Part shown: in pieces, positions 19,538 through 29,258 of the stretch
Layout: each line of letters begins with the position of its first letter
Position numbering within the stretch: position 1 is the first letter of the stretch
Source of the DNA: an uncultured Muribaculaceae bacterium
GTDB lineage: Bacteria > Bacteroidota > Bacteroidia > Bacteroidales > UBA932
DNA: 64,000 nucleotides
NCBI GenBank assembly: GCA_964556285.1
Contig: CAZKVW010000004.1
Span: forward strand, 248 to 64,247
Direction of reading: 5' to 3'
Translations under genes and position numbers: made by a program
The notes under the pieces: model-generated
What the model was told of the DNA's origin: nothing
The model's input: only the letters and a program-made list of their open reading frames with translations
Database searches by the model: none

Positions 19538-20599
19538 ATGCTGATCATCGTTTTCTATGTGCTGTTGGTCCTGTGTCTGATCACGTTTGACTGTCTGTAT
19601 TACCGGTTCTTTCCTGGCAAGGCCCCTTTTGTGTACAAGCTGTGCACTCTCGCCGCCCCTCTGCTGCTGTTTGCCGCCGACATGCTCACGGGCATGGCCC
19701 GGACGGCTATGGCATGTGTGCCGGCAGACCTGATAGTGGGCACGGCTCTGGCGGCGTTCCACCCAGACCCCAAATATCCTGCGTGGCTGTCTTTGGCGTT
19801 TTCCGGCGGGCTGCTGGCTGCGGCATTGGCAGTGACGCTGCTGTATCTGGCCTCGCCCTCCGCCGCCGTCACCCTCAAGACCGAGTGCCTGCCGTTGGGC
19901 ACGGCTATGTCCGTGCTGGTGTACCAGGGAGTGCGCTTTCGTCTCAAGTGCCGCAAGGTGACGCCCCTGTTCAGCAATGACGAGGTGTGGCTCAACATGA
20001 TGTGGATCAGCGGCGCTCTGTATGTGGGGCTGATGGATCTTTCTGTCATCGTGCTCGGCTTTGCTGACGGCGAGAGCATGGGGCTGTATTGCTCGTCCGC
20101 CCTTTCGATGGTGGCGACAGGGTCGCTCTATGTCAGGAAAAGCTCCGGCAAGACCCTTGTGCTGACTCCCGCCAAGGAGCGGGCTATCAAGGTCATCGTC
20201 AAAGGCAGCCTGCGCAGCGCGGACATGGAGGGAGGGTTTGACGACCGCAAGATGGGCGCGCTGTACCGCAGGGTGATGTCGTTTATGAATGAGCAGCAGC
20301 CCTATCTGGACAGCTCGGTGGACTTGGAGTTCTTTGCCCGAAAGCTCTTTACCAACCGGGTCTACCTCTCGCGCACAATCAACGTGTTCTCGGGACGCAA
20401 CTTCCGCCAGTTCATCAACTGGCACCGGATAGAGTACTCGCTCTCGCTGATGAAGAAAGACCCTCACCTGCGGCTGGAGGAGGTCTCGCAGATGTCAGGC
20501 TTCAACTCCACCGTGTCGTTCAACATGTCGTTCAAGATGTTCAAGGGCATGACTCCACGCGAATGGCTGGACACCTACAGGGAAGCGGTGGGGATATAG
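19538..20599 (+). CDS. Membrane-anchored AraC family transcriptional regulator
   Basis: Several N-terminal TM segments; C-terminal PYLD...TNRVYLSRTIN...NFRQFINWHRIE...SGFNS...FNMSFK..GMTPREW AraC domain. Confidence 0.88.
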   Translation: MLIIVFYVLLVLCLITFDCLYYRFFPGKAPFVYKLCTLAAPLLLFAADMLTGMARTAMACVPADLIVGTALAAFHPDPKYPAWLSLAFSGGLLAAALAVTLLYLASPSAAVTLKTECLPLGTAMSVLVYQGVRFRLKCRKVTPLFSNDEVWLNMMWISGALYVGLMDLSVIVLGFADGESMGLYCSSALSMVATGSLYVRKSSGKTLVLTPAKERAIKVIVKGSLRSADMEGGFDDRKMGALYRRVMSFMNEQQPYLDSSVDLEFFARKLFTNRVYLSRTINVFSGRNFRQFINWHRIEYSLSLMKKDPHLRLEEVSQMSGFNSTVSFNMSFKMFKGMTPREWLDTYREAVGI

Positions 20600-21297
20600 A
20601 ACTTGGCCCACGACTCGGGCAGCGGGGCCGTCACGTCGATGTCCGCGCCGCTTACGGGGTGGACGAAACTGACTCTGCGCGAGTGCAGGCAGATGCTGCC
20701 GTCCGGGTTAGAGCGGGGCGCCCCATACTTGAGGTCTCCCTTGATGTGGCATCCGATATGCGCCAGCTGGCAGCGTATCTGGTGATGCCGCCCTGTCAGC
20801 AGCTCCACTTCGACCAGATGGTAACGTTCGGTGTCATGGATCAGGCGGTAGCGCAGCCGGGCCTGCTTTGCCCCTGCTGTCCCCGCGCCGCAAACGAACG
20901 ACTTGTTGAGCCTCTCGTTGCGGACGAGCCAGTCGGAGAGCTCGCCTTGCGGCGGGTCAGGGGATTCGTGGCACAGAGCCCAGTAGGTCTTGCGCACCTC
21001 CCCCTCACGGAACATCCGGGACATCCTCTCCAGGGCCTTGGAGGTCTTGGCAAGCGTCACTATGCCGCTTACGGGGCGGTCCAGCCTGTGCGGCACGCCC
21101 AGGAACACATGGCCTCTCTTGCCGTCCCTAATGGCGATGAGCGCCTTGAACGTGTCGGCGAGGCATTCGTCTCCCGTCCTGTCACCTTGGGTGATTTCCC
21201 CGGCTCTCTTGTTCACGATGAGCAGGTGGTTGTCCTCGTAGAGTATCCGCTGTGCAAGAGCGGCGTATTCGTCCTCTGAAAGTCGTCTGTAAGCCAT
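20575..21297 (-). CDS. RluA family pseudouridine synthase
   Basis: HRLDRPVSG catalytic Asp motif, [16 protein letters not shown]; ATG 21297. Confidence 0.92.
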   Translation of the reverse strand: MAYRRLSEDEYAALAQRILYEDNHLLIVNKRAGEITQGDRTGDECLADTFKALIAIRDGKRGHVFLGVPHRLDRPVSGIVTLAKTSKALERMSRMFREGEVRKTYWALCHESPDPPQGELSDWLVRNERLNKSFVCGAGTAGAKQARLRYRLIHDTERYHLVEVELLTGRHHQIRCQLAHIGCHIKGDLKYGAPRSNPDGSICLHSRRVSFVHPVSGADIDVTAPLPESWAKFYIPTASL

Positions 21298-21353
21298 ACG
21301 GCTGCAAATATAATGAACTGCGCCGAATATGCGTCCGCGCACGTGTCTTCCTC

Positions 21354-21393
21354 TGTCAAAATGTCAGTCCTCTCCGTGCTGGCACGGCATTGG
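21354..21393 (+). promoter_or_regulatory. Putative heat-shock promoter/operator upstream of dnaK
   Basis: TGTCA-AAA-TGTCA, 14 nt, then GGCACGGCATTGG; a similar bipartite motif sits upstream of htpG. Confidence 0.5.
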
Positions 21394-21470
21394 ATATCCC
21401 GTCCTGCGTCCGCGGGCGCATGACACCTGCGGCGGGACGTTTAACAGAAACAATAAAGTACAAATACATT

Positions 21471-23351
21471 ATGGGAAAGATTATCGGAATCGACCTCGGC
21501 ACCACGAACTCCTGCGTGGCTGTCATGGAAGGCAACCAGCCTACGGTCATTATCAACAGCGAGGGTGAGCGGACCACTCCGTCCGTCGTGGCTTTTACCG
21601 ACGGCGGAGAGCGCAAGATAGGCAACCCTGCCAAACGTCAGGCCATCACCAACCCCAAGAACACGGTGTTCTCCATCAAGAGGTTTATGGGCGAGACCTA
21701 CGACCAGGTCGGCAAGGAAGTCGCGCGTGTGCCGTACAAGGTGGTGAGGGGTGACAACAACACTCCGCGCGTGGACATCAACGGCCGCCTGTACTCGCCT
21801 CAGGAGATTTCCGCAATCATATTGCAGAAGATGAAGAAGATAGCGGAGGACTACCTGCGCCAGGATGTGACGGAAGCCGTCATCACGGTGCCTGCGTATT
21901 TCTCTGACTCGCAGCGTCAGGCTACCAAGGAGGCCGGCAAGATAGCCGGGCTGGATGTCAAGCGTATCATCAACGAGCCGACTGCGGCCGCGCTCGCGTA
22001 CGGTTTGGACAAGAAGAACAAGAACATGAAGGTGGCCGTCTATGACCTTGGCGGCGGCACGTTCGATATCTCCATACTGGAGCTCGGTGACGGCGTGTTT
22101 GAGGTCAAGTCCACCAATGGCGACACCCACCTCGGCGGTGATGACTTCGACCAGAAGATCATCGACTGGCTTGCCAGCGAGTTCGCCTCCGAGAACGGCG
22201 GCATCGACCTCAAGAAAGACCCTATGGCTCTCCAGAGGCTCAAGGAGGCTGCGGAGAAGGCCAAGATAGAGCTTTCCAGCCAGACTTCGGCGGAGATCAA
22301 CCTCCCTTACATCATGCCTGTGGACGGCATCCCCAAGCATCTGGTCAAGACGCTTACCCGCGCCAAGTTTGAGCAGCTCTGCGACGACCTCTTCGAGCGC
22401 AGCATCGAACCTTGCCGCAAGGCTCTCGCGGACGCTCATCTCTCAACTTCGGACATTGACGAGGTGCTCCTCGTGGGCGGTTCGACCCGTATTCCCAAAG
22501 TGCAGGAGCTGGTCAAGAACTTCTTCGGCAAAGAGCCCAACAAGAGCGTCAACCCGGATGAGGTGGTCGCCATCGGCGCTGCCATACAGGGCGGTGTGCT
22601 TGCGGGCGATGTCAAGGATGTCCTCCTGCTGGATGTGACCCCGCTGTCTCTCGGCATCGAGACCCTCGGCGGAGTGATGACCAAGCTCATCGAGTCCAAC
22701 ACCACCATTCCTGTGCAGAAGTCCCAGGTGTTCTCCACGGCGGCTGACAACCAGCCCAGCGTAGAGATCAGGGTGCTTCAGGGCGAGCGTCCCATGGCCA
22801 AGGACAACAAGCAGATAGGCGTGTTCCATCTGGACGGCATAGCCCCCGCTCCGAGAGGCATCCCTCAGATTGAGGTTTCATTCGACATTGACGCCAACGG
22901 CATTCTCAATGTCAAGGCGACCGACAAGGCTACCGGCAAGGAGCAGAAGATCCGTATCGAGGCTTCGAGCGGGCTGAGCGAGGCTGAAATCCAGCGCATG
23001 CGGGACGAGGCCAAAGCCAATGAGGCTGCGGACGCCGCGGAGAAGGAGCGCGTGGACAAGGTCAACAACGGTGACGCCCTGGCGTTCCAGGCCGAGAAGT
23101 TCCTCAGGGACAACGGGGACAAAGTGCCCGCTGACAAGAAGTCAGCCATCGAGGCCCCTCTGGCTTCCCTCAAGGAGGCGGTCAAGAATCAGAATGTCTC
23201 TGACATCGACCGCTATACCGAGGAGATCAACAGGCTTATGGGCGAGCTGTACCAGAGCATGAGCGGGACTCAGGGCGGAGCCCAAGGCCCTCAGCAGGGG
23301 CCTCAGGGGCCGCAAGGGCCTCAGGATCCCGGGACTCCTGACGAGCAGTAA
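21471..23351 (+). CDS. dnaK: Chaperone DnaK
   Basis: [52 protein letters not shown]; ATG 21471. Confidence 0.98.
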   Translation: MGKIIGIDLGTTNSCVAVMEGNQPTVIINSEGERTTPSVVAFTDGGERKIGNPAKRQAITNPKNTVFSIKRFMGETYDQVGKEVARVPYKVVRGDNNTPRVDINGRLYSPQEISAIILQKMKKIAEDYLRQDVTEAVITVPAYFSDSQRQATKEAGKIAGLDVKRIINEPTAAALAYGLDKKNKNMKVAVYDLGGGTFDISILELGDGVFEVKSTNGDTHLGGDDFDQKIIDWLASEFASENGGIDLKKDPMALQRLKEAAEKAKIELSSQTSAEINLPYIMPVDGIPKHLVKTLTRAKFEQLCDDLFERSIEPCRKALADAHLSTSDIDEVLLVGGSTRIPKVQELVKNFFGKEPNKSVNPDEVVAIGAAIQGGVLAGDVKDVLLLDVTPLSLGIETLGGVMTKLIESNTTIPVQKSQVFSTAADNQPSVEIRVLQGERPMAKDNKQIGVFHLDGIAPAPRGIPQIEVSFDIDANGILNVKATDKATGKEQKIRIEASSGLSEAEIQRMRDEAKANEAADAAEKERVDKVNNGDALAFQAEKFLRDNGDKVPADKKSAIEAPLASLKEAVKNQNVSDIDRYTEEINRLMGELYQSMSGTQGGAQGPQQGPQGPQGPQDPGTPDEQ

Positions 23352-23366
23352 AAGTCCCCGGCTGCC

Positions 23367-23924
23367 TCACATGAGGAAGCTTGAAATATCGGCGCCTCTC
23401 TTCTGCGCCTCCCTGATTTGTGTCGAGGAGATGTTGCAGAGAGGGGCGTCGATTATTTGTATCCTGTAGCGGCTGTCCTCATCTTGCAGCTGCCTCTTCA
23501 GGAGATGCGCGTCGTACCCCTCCCTCGGGTACACGGCCACCCCGTACTCAAGCAGCAGCCGCCTGTAGTCCCTCCACCTGCGCATGCTGTCCAGGTTGTC
23601 AGCCCCGATGACCAGCGTGAAATCGTTGTCCGGCTCCCGCGCCTTGAGGGCGTCCAGGGTGCGTATGGTGTAGTGGGGCGGGGGCATATGCAGCTCGATG
23701 TCATCCACGCTGACGCGCAGATGGGGGTGTCTGGACACGGCCTCTATCGCCGCCTGGTAACGCGTCTGCCCGCTCAGGGCGAGGCTTTCGTGCTTGAACG
23801 GGCTCTGCGGGGAGACGACCAGATATGTCCAGCCGAACTCCCTGTCACGGGACAGCTCCTCCATTATCGCCAGATGCCCGATATGGAGAGGGTCGAACGA
23901 TCCGGAATAGACAGCGATGCGCAT
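23367..23924 (-). CDS. nadD: Nicotinate-nucleotide adenylyltransferase
   Basis: YSGSFDPLHIGH, TIRTL, LVIGADN, ISSTQIR; follows gmk. Confidence 0.92.
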   Translation of the reverse strand: MRIAVYSGSFDPLHIGHLAIMEELSRDREFGWTYLVVSPQSPFKHESLALSGQTRYQAAIEAVSRHPHLRVSVDDIELHMPPPHYTIRTLDALKAREPDNDFTLVIGADNLDSMRRWRDYRRLLLEYGVAVYPREGYDAHLLKRQLQDEDSRYRIQIIDAPLCNISSTQIREAQKRGADISSFLM

Positions 23925-23939
23925 GAAAGGCAGGGACGG

Positions 23940-24512
23940 TTATTGCCGGAGAAAAGAGCCTACCATGTCTTCGGCCTCCCGCAGCGTGTCCTCCAGCACA
24001 TCGTTGACGAGGGTGCGGTCAAACTTGCCTTGGGCGTAGTCCATCTCCGCCTGGGCCTTGTCAAGCCTCTCGCGTATGGAAGCCTCGCTGTCGGTGCCGC
24101 GCCCCCGGAGCCTGCGCTCCAGCTCGGCGATGCTGGGAGGAAGTATCAGAATGGAGAGGGCGTTGCCGCCGAAATACCGCTTGAGATTGCAGCCTCCCTT
24201 GACATCCACATCAAACACCACGACATGCCCGGAGTCCCAGATGCGCCGCAGCTCGGACTTGAGAGTGCCGTAGTACCTGTCCTTGTATACCTCCTCATAT
24301 TCGACAAACGCGTCCTGCGCTATCAGGTCTCTGAACTTGTCCGCATCAATGAAATAGTAGTCTGTCCCGTCCTTCTCGTCCCCCCGCGGCGCTCTGGATG
24401 TGGCGCTGACGGAGAATTCGAACTCCGGGTGGAGTCCGAGCAGATGGTGCACGACCGTACTCTTGCCGGCGCCTGACGGGGCCGAGAAAATGACTGCCTT
24501 GCCGTTGTCCAT
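23940..24512 (-). CDS. gmk: Guanylate kinase
   Basis: SAPSGAGKS P-loop, SATSRAPR, YYGT, DVDVKG; ATG 24512. Confidence 0.95.
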   Translation of the reverse strand: MDNGKAVIFSAPSGAGKSTVVHHLLGLHPEFEFSVSATSRAPRGDEKDGTDYYFIDADKFRDLIAQDAFVEYEEVYKDRYYGTLKSELRRIWDSGHVVVFDVDVKGGCNLKRYFGGNALSILILPPSIAELERRLRGRGTDSEASIRERLDKAQAEMDYAQGKFDRTLVNDVLEDTLREAEDMVGSFLRQ

Positions 24513-24531
24513 TGCGTGTTTAATATTTCCC

Positions 24532-24549
24532 CAAAAATAACTATTTTTG
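24532..24549. promoter_or_regulatory. Back-to-back -7 elements for gmk and fba
   Basis: CAAAAATA-AC-TATTTTTG: TANNTTTG on each strand, 2 bp apart. Confidence 0.65.
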
Positions 24550-24593
24550 CGCGACTTTTGTAGTGGATTGCTTATCATTTATATCTCAAAGAT

Positions 24594-25595
24594 ATGGTTT
24601 CGTACAAAGAACTTGGCCTTGTGAACACCCGTGAGATGTTCGCCAAGGCAGTCAAAGGCGGGTATGCCATCCCCGCATTCAATTTCAACAATATGGAGCA
24701 GCTCCAGGCCATCATCCAGGCCGCTGCCGAGACCAAATCCCCGGTCATCCTGCAAGTGAGCAAGGGCGCGCGCAACTACGCCAACCCTACGCTCTTGCGC
24801 TACATGGCCGAGGGCGCTGTCCAGTATGCCAAGGAGCTGGGCTGGGAGCATCCCCAGATAGTCCTGCACCTCGATCACGGCGACTCGTTCGAACTCTGCA
24901 AGAGCTGCGTGGACTTGGGCTTCTCCTCTGTGATGATTGACGGGTCGGCTCTTCCTTACGAGGACAATATCGCCCTCTCCAAGAAAGTCGCCGACTACGC
25001 CCACCAGTACGATGTGACCGTGGAGGCCGAGCTTGGGGTGCTCGCCGGAGTGGAGGAGGAAGTCTCCGCCGAGGAGTCTCACTACACCCGCCCGGAGGAG
25101 GTCATTGATTTTTCGACCCGCACCGGCTGCGACTCTCTCGCCATATCGGTCGGCACTTCGCATGGCGCTTACAAGTTCAAGCCCGAGCAGTGCACCCGTG
25201 ACCCCAAGACCGGACGCCTCGTTCCGCCGCCGCTCGCATTCAACGTGCTGCACGAGATCGAGAAGAAGCTCCCCGGATTCCCTATCGTCTTGCACGGCTC
25301 GTCCTCGGTGCCTCAGGAGTATGTGGACATGATTAACGCCCACGGCGGCAAGATGCCTGACGCGGTCGGCATCCCTGAGGAGCAGCTTCGCGAGGCCGCA
25401 AAGAGCGCGGTGTGCAAGATCAACATCGACTCTGACTCCCGTCTGGCCATGACAGCCACGATACGCAGGATATTCGACGAGAAGCCCAGCGAGTTTGACC
25501 CTCGCAAGTATCTCGGCCCTGCCCGCGACGAGATGAAGAAGCTCTACATCCACAAGATCAAGGAAGTCCTCGGTTCCGACGGCAAAGCCCTGTAG
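24594..25595 (+). CDS. fba: Class II fructose-1,6-bisphosphate aldolase
   Basis: AFNFNN, LHLDHG, SVMIDGS, VEAELG, GTSHG, VLHGSS, KINIDSD. Confidence 0.95.
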   Translation: MVSYKELGLVNTREMFAKAVKGGYAIPAFNFNNMEQLQAIIQAAAETKSPVILQVSKGARNYANPTLLRYMAEGAVQYAKELGWEHPQIVLHLDHGDSFELCKSCVDLGFSSVMIDGSALPYEDNIALSKKVADYAHQYDVTVEAELGVLAGVEEEVSAEESHYTRPEEVIDFSTRTGCDSLAISVGTSHGAYKFKPEQCTRDPKTGRLVPPPLAFNVLHEIEKKLPGFPIVLHGSSSVPQEYVDMINAHGGKMPDAVGIPEEQLREAAKSAVCKINIDSDSRLAMTATIRRIFDEKPSEFDPRKYLGPARDEMKKLYIHKIKEVLGSDGKAL

Positions 25596-25605
25596 CGTCA
25601 GGTCT

Positions 25606-26436
25606 GTGGGCGTGACTCTTATAGTGGAGGCCGGGGCCACCAAGTCAGAATGGAGCCTCATCAGTCCGGACGGCGAATTGAGCCGTATCCGGACTGGAGG
25701 CATAAATGTGGCGTCCATGCCGCGCGAGGCCGTGCAGGCTGTCGTCAGGGAGGCGTACATGCGTCTGGACGTGTCGCCGTCAGCCATCAAGGAGGTGCAT
25801 TTCTATGCGGCCGGGATGCTGGACAGCGAGATGGCGGAGTATTTCCCGTATTCCTATGTGGAATGCGCCTCTGACAGTCTGGCGGCGGCGCGCGCCCTCT
25901 TCGGGCACAAGGCTGGCGTTGCCGCAATCCTCGGCACCGGATCCAACTGCTGCCTGTACGACGGGGACAAAGTCGTAAGGACTGTCTTGTCCGGCGGTTT
26001 TATCCTCGGGGATGAGGGCGGCACGGCCGTGCTCGGGCGGCGTTTCCTGGCGGATTATCTCAAGGGGCTGGCGCCGGAGGCGCTGGCCTCTGAGTTTGCC
26101 GCCTCGTTCAATGCCGATTACCCGTCAATCGTGGCGGCTGTGTACCGCAGCGCGACGCCTGCGGCGTACCTTGGCTCGTTCGCCCCGTGGCTGGTACGGC
26201 ATGTGCCGCAGAGCGAGTACGTCAGAGGGCTTGTGGAGGACAATTTCCGCTCGTTCTTTGAGCGCTCGGTGAGCCAGTTCCCCGGGCGTGACGTGGGTGT
26301 CGTGGGCGGATACGCCTACGAGCTGCGCGACATGCTGCGTGACATCGCCGCCGGGTGCGGGGTGCATCTGACGGAGATACTCTCCTCGCCGGCGGACAGG
26401 CTGGTGGAGTTCCACAGCGGAGGGATGCGGGCATGA
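25606..26436 (+). CDS. BadF/BcrA-like ASKHA sugar kinase (N-acetylglucosamine kinase-like)
   Basis: LIVEAGATKSEW, ILGTGSN and GFILGDEGG motifs; GTG start. Confidence 0.75.
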   Translation: MGVTLIVEAGATKSEWSLISPDGELSRIRTGGINVASMPREAVQAVVREAYMRLDVSPSAIKEVHFYAAGMLDSEMAEYFPYSYVECASDSLAAARALFGHKAGVAAILGTGSNCCLYDGDKVVRTVLSGGFILGDEGGTAVLGRRFLADYLKGLAPEALASEFAASFNADYPSIVAAVYRSATPAAYLGSFAPWLVRHVPQSEYVRGLVEDNFRSFFERSVSQFPGRDVGVVGGYAYELRDMLRDIAAGCGVHLTEILSSPADRLVEFHSGGMRA

Positions 26437-27050
26437 GCGAAAAGTATCCCTCACAGCTGCTGGAGAACGCCGTGGAGGCCATCTCCTCCCTGCCGGGCGT
26501 GGGGCGGCGGAGCGCCCTGCGGCTTGCCTTGCACTTGCTCGGGCAGCCCAAGGAGAATGTGCATTATTTCACCCGCAGCATAGACGCCCTCGTGGATGAC
26601 GTCAAGTACTGCCGCGAATGCATGATGGTCTCCGACGATGACCTGTGCAGCATCTGCTCCGACCCGCGCCGTGACCATGACACCATCTGCGTCGTCCAGA
26701 GCGTGAGGGACGTGATGAGCATTGAGGCTACCGGGCAGTATTCCGGGGTCTATCATATCCTCGGCGGCATCATATCCCCGATCAACGGGGTGGGGCCCTC
26801 GGATCTCAACATCGGCCGCCTTGTCGAGAGGCTTCGCGGGAGGGACTGCTCCTCTGTGGAGGTTATACTCGCCCTCAGCGGGGATGTCGAGGGGGAGACA
26901 ACGTCATTCTACATCTACCGGCAGATACAGTCCGCCGGGGTCAAGGTCACCACGCTGGCGCGAGGCCTGGGATTCGGGGATGACCTGGAGTACGCGGACT
27001 CTCTTACGCTGGGCAGGTCCATTGCCGGGCGGCAGCCGTTCAAGCCATGA
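26433..27050 (+). CDS. recR: Recombination mediator RecR
   Basis: HhH LPGVGRRSALRL, C4 zinc finger CREC...CSIC, Toprim YHILGGIISP, EGETT; ATG 26433. Confidence 0.95.
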   Translation: MSEKYPSQLLENAVEAISSLPGVGRRSALRLALHLLGQPKENVHYFTRSIDALVDDVKYCRECMMVSDDDLCSICSDPRRDHDTICVVQSVRDVMSIEATGQYSGVYHILGGIISPINGVGPSDLNIGRLVERLRGRDCSSVEVILALSGDVEGETTSFYIYRQIQSAGVKVTTLARGLGFGDDLEYADSLTLGRSIAGRQPFKP

Positions 27051-27616
27051 CAGAGATGAGCGGATTTCTCGAAGTGCTGGCCGTGCTTGTGTTTGCGGCC
27101 TCGCTTTGTGCGGACTGTTTTGCAGTGTCTATTTGCTCAAGCGTTACTCTGAAGCGCGTAGACGTCCGCTCCGTGAGCGTGGTCGCCATAGTGTTCGGCG
27201 TGGTGCAGGCAGGACTGCTGCTGCTTGGCTACGCGTTCGGTGACCTCTTTGTGGGAGTCGCGGGGAGGTTTGCCAAGTGGATAGGCACCCTGCTGCTGAC
27301 GTATGTCGGCGGGTCTATGGTGGCGGACGCGCTGCGCAAGGGCGGCGAGGTGCGCAACCTCGACGGGATACGCAACGTTGTGATAGGGGCGCTGGCGACC
27401 AGCATTGACGCCTTTGTCGCGGGAGCGTCGCTGTCCATGGGCAATGAGTCATGGGGAATGATGGCCGCCAACTCGGCGGCGGTGCTTGTGATGACGATGC
27501 TCGCCGTGGCGGCGGGCATGGCGTTCGGCCACAGGCTTGGTCACAGGTTCGGCAAAGTCGCGGAGGGCATCGGGGGCGCGGTGCTCATCTTCCTTGCGGC
27601 GGGGATGCTTTTTTGA
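27047..27616 (+). CDS. mntP: MntP-family manganese efflux pump
   Basis: Duplicated DCFAVS / SIDAFVAG motifs in a six-helix membrane protein. Confidence 0.8.
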   Translation: MTEMSGFLEVLAVLVFAASLCADCFAVSICSSVTLKRVDVRSVSVVAIVFGVVQAGLLLLGYAFGDLFVGVAGRFAKWIGTLLLTYVGGSMVADALRKGGEVRNLDGIRNVVIGALATSIDAFVAGASLSMGNESWGMMAANSAAVLVMTMLAVAAGMAFGHRLGHRFGKVAEGIGGAVLIFLAAGMLF

Positions 27617-27627
27617 GATAATTTTTT

Positions 27628-27635
27628 TACCTTTG
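27628..27635 (+). promoter_or_regulatory. -7 promoter element for corA
   Basis: TACCTTTG in an AT-rich patch about 100 nt before the corA ATG. Confidence 0.5.
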
Positions 27636-27736
27636 CCGCGCCGGCTGCTCCGTAGCCGGCGGATATTTTGTGCCAAGCCGTTTTTGGAGGCCACATAACC
27701 ATTCCGACGACACGCCGGACCAACAGCAGGAAGGCT

Positions 27737-28684
27737 ATGATCAAGATTTTCTACAGACGCGGCAGTGAGATTGTTTTCACACAGTCAGAAACGGAGTTTG
27801 CCGCCATCAGCAAGGAGAATACCCTCTGGATAGACCTCCTCGAGCCCACCGGCGAAGAGAAGAGGGCGGCGGAGGCGTTTATTGGCACAGAGATCCAGAG
27901 CCGTGCGCAGGCCGAGGAGATTGAGAGCTCGTCCCGTTTCTCGGAGAATGACGTGGCCATGTTCGCCAACACCAATTTCATGTCCCCGGAGGGGGATGAG
28001 ATGTCGATGGACCCGGTGTCATTTGTGCTCAGCGGCACGGTGCTCACCACGTTGCGGGAGACGCGGCTGCGTTCGTTTGACTCCCTGCAGACCAAGATGC
28101 TGGCCCGCCCCGGGCTGTTTCTCAACGGATTCATGGTCTTTGTAGCCATCATGGACCGGCGCGTGGACCTGGACGCGGACATCATTGAGCTGCTGGCCAA
28201 GAACGCGTCCCAGTTCAGCAAGCGGATCAACCAGGAAGAGGATATCAACGAGGAGTTCCTCCTGGACATCAACCAGCTGCAGGAGAATGCCATGGTCGTC
28301 CGCGAGAACATGGTGGACAAGCAGCGCCTGATCACCAACATCCTCAAGAGCGACAGCTGCCCGGACTACCTGGACAAGCGGCTGGGAGTCATCTTGCAGG
28401 ACATCTCCTCGCTGATTAACCATGTCAACTTCACGTTCGAGAGGCTCGAGTACTTGCAGGACACCGTGCTCGGCATCATCAACCTCGACCAGAACAAGAT
28501 CATGAAGATATTCACGTTCATCTCCCTGCTGCTCATGCCGGCGACCCTCATAGCGAGCTTCTACGGCATGAACGTCACCCTGCCGTTTGCCGGGTACAGG
28601 TGGGCGTGGATAGCCATATTGGCGCTCATGGCGCTGCTGATATGCGTGTTCTGGATACTCTTCAAGCGCAAGCGCATGCTGTAG
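27737..28684 (+). CDS. corA: Mg2+/Co2+ transporter CorA family
   Basis: YGMN signature between two C-terminal TM helices; ATG 27737. Confidence 0.9.
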   Translation: MIKIFYRRGSEIVFTQSETEFAAISKENTLWIDLLEPTGEEKRAAEAFIGTEIQSRAQAEEIESSSRFSENDVAMFANTNFMSPEGDEMSMDPVSFVLSGTVLTTLRETRLRSFDSLQTKMLARPGLFLNGFMVFVAIMDRRVDLDADIIELLAKNASQFSKRINQEEDINEEFLLDINQLQENAMVVRENMVDKQRLITNILKSDSCPDYLDKRLGVILQDISSLINHVNFTFERLEYLQDTVLGIINLDQNKIMKIFTFISLLLMPATLIASFYGMNVTLPFAGYRWAWIAILALMALLICVFWILFKRKRML

Positions 28685-28700
28685 GGGGCTCTCTTGAGCG

Positions 28701-29216
28701 ATGGATGAAAAACTTTTCGACGGGGCTTTCCGGATGTTCTATCCCAGGCTCAAGGCCTATGCGGGACATTTCCTCTCCTCGGAGGAGAGGGCGGAAGATG
28801 TCGTTCAGGATTGTTTTGTCCGCCTGTGGGAGTGCGGGGACAGGTATGAGGAAGCTTCGCTCGGAGGCCTGTTGTACAGGATGGTGCGCAATGCCTGCAT
28901 CAATGAGAGGAAGCGCGAGCTGGCGCGGGGAGGCTTCCGGCTGGACATTCCGGACGGAGCGGACAGCTTTGAGAGGATGTATAACCTCGATTTCGGGGAG
29001 GATGCTGATGCGTTGTGCATCTGGGCGGAGCTGCGCTCCGAGATAGACGCAGCCGTGGATAGCCTGCCGGGGCGCTGCACAGAAGTGTTCCGCTTGAGCC
29101 GTGTGGAGGGCCTGCGCAACAGGGAGATAGCACGGCGTCTCGGCATCTCGGATGCCGCCGTGCACAAGCACCTCAGGCGTGCAATTTCCGAGCTCAAGGC
29201 GAAGATTCTTCATTAG
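28701..29216 (+). CDS. ECF RNA polymerase sigma-70 factor
   Basis: AEDVVQDCFVRLWE (region 2) and LPGRCTEVFRLSRVEGLRNREIARRLGIS (region 4). Confidence 0.92.
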   Translation: MDEKLFDGAFRMFYPRLKAYAGHFLSSEERAEDVVQDCFVRLWECGDRYEEASLGGLLYRMVRNACINERKRELARGGFRLDIPDGADSFERMYNLDFGEDADALCIWAELRSEIDAAVDSLPGRCTEVFRLSRVEGLRNREIARRLGISDAAVHKHLRRAISELKAKILH

Positions 29217-29258
29217 CCGGGTTAAAAACCGGCTCTCCGGATTGTTATTAAATAGGCA

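Noticed and set aside
23270-23340. Gly-Pro-Gln repeats at the DnaK C-terminus
   Set aside because: Low-complexity disordered tails are normal for DnaK, and four short units are not collagen-like in any meaningful sense.
27040-27050. Mn-sensing yybP-ykoY riboswitch before mntP
   Set aside because: mntP overlaps the recR stop (ATGA), so there is no leader to hold one.
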